Shown here piece by piece: positions 63,306-64,000 of a stretch of DNA of 64,000 nt. The position numbers and the translations under genes are program-made. The notes under the pieces were generated by a model. The model did not search any database and had not been told where the DNA came from. It saw only the letters and a list, made by a program, of their open reading frames with translations. The first letter of the stretch is position 1, and the number at the start of each line of letters is the position of its first letter. This DNA is from Antedon mediterranea (lineage: Eukaryota; Animalia; Echinodermata), in assembly GCF_964355755.1 (NCBI RefSeq), contig NC_092675.1:7187812-7251811 (forward strand), written 5' to 3'.

Positions 63306-64000
63306 GATGTTTCATCGTGCTTGGTCAATTACTTGCAGTGGCCGGTTACGATCTTGCGTTGCGTCAAAATGGGATTCGAGATTTAACATCAAGTTTAATT
63401 AATTTGAATTGAACACCGGGTTCAACACCCAGTTCATGTAATTTCATTCATTCACCTTTTTATTTCGGAATACCATGGTGACATAATAGGCCTATATCCA
63501 TAGCAAAAGAGAGAAAAACCATTCTTAATCTAAGAGCTCATGAACAAAAACAAAAATATATATATATATAGTCAATGCAACAAGTCATTCCATTGTATGT
63601 GCATTCTTGACACATTAAGAACGTGCCGATTAATGGCCATGATCAAAGAATGGAAGAAACAATTCTTTAATTATCTTGATATATGTAAAAACACATTATA
63701 CGGCAGAGAAAAACATTTTAATGCGGGCTTACATAATTTCACTTAGTATTTTGATAATTTCAAAATAGGTTTACTGTGTTAGCACTAATGAATTCTAATA
63801 CATTACAAAGCCGAGACTCCAAACGCATTTTAAAGACATTGAAGATTAGATGCATCAAGAAATTACACGAAAATCTCGTAACTATATTTTTTTTAAATCA
63901 TCAGGTGCTTAAAATCATTATCATTGCATCGTTAATATAATCCTTTATTATATCATTTTCATCATTATTATTATTAATATTTTAATATGTTTGCATCATC

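Noticed and set aside
58500-64000. Additional gene upstream of gene A (e.g. ORFs 61372-61673, 59789-60046)
   Set aside because: No recognisable domain or consistent splice chain was found by eye; small exons could have been missed.

Overview
AT-rich, intron-rich animal genomic DNA, probably an invertebrate deuterostome such as an echinoderm (inference only). The main gene is a complete minus-strand 32-exon gene (ATG 58001, stop 27897, about 1531 aa by manual splicing). It joins a Tie1/Tie2-like ectodomain (signal peptide, Ig, Ig, 5 EGF, Ig, 3 FN3) and a TM helix to tandem protein tyrosine phosphatase domains instead of a kinase. A tandem paralog starts at 24154 and runs off the left edge. One copy of the paralog's exon 2 is destroyed by transposon insertions, and a second intact but sequence-diversified exon 2 lies at 15568-15873. 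The paralog's introns hold two Academ-type (XPG/PIN plus Cys-rich) DNA transposon derivatives of different sequence. Both are kilobase-scale fold-back palindromes of the transposase 3' half with TAG...CTA ends and 3-bp TSDs, and in both the left and right terminal spacers differ by 10 bp. Also present are a Gmr1-like Gypsy relic with a 9-bp-TSD foldback element in its protease active site, Penelope and LINE fragments, Helitron-like elements, tRNA-derived SINEs, MITEs and satellites. All coordinates were read by eye and may be off by a few bases.
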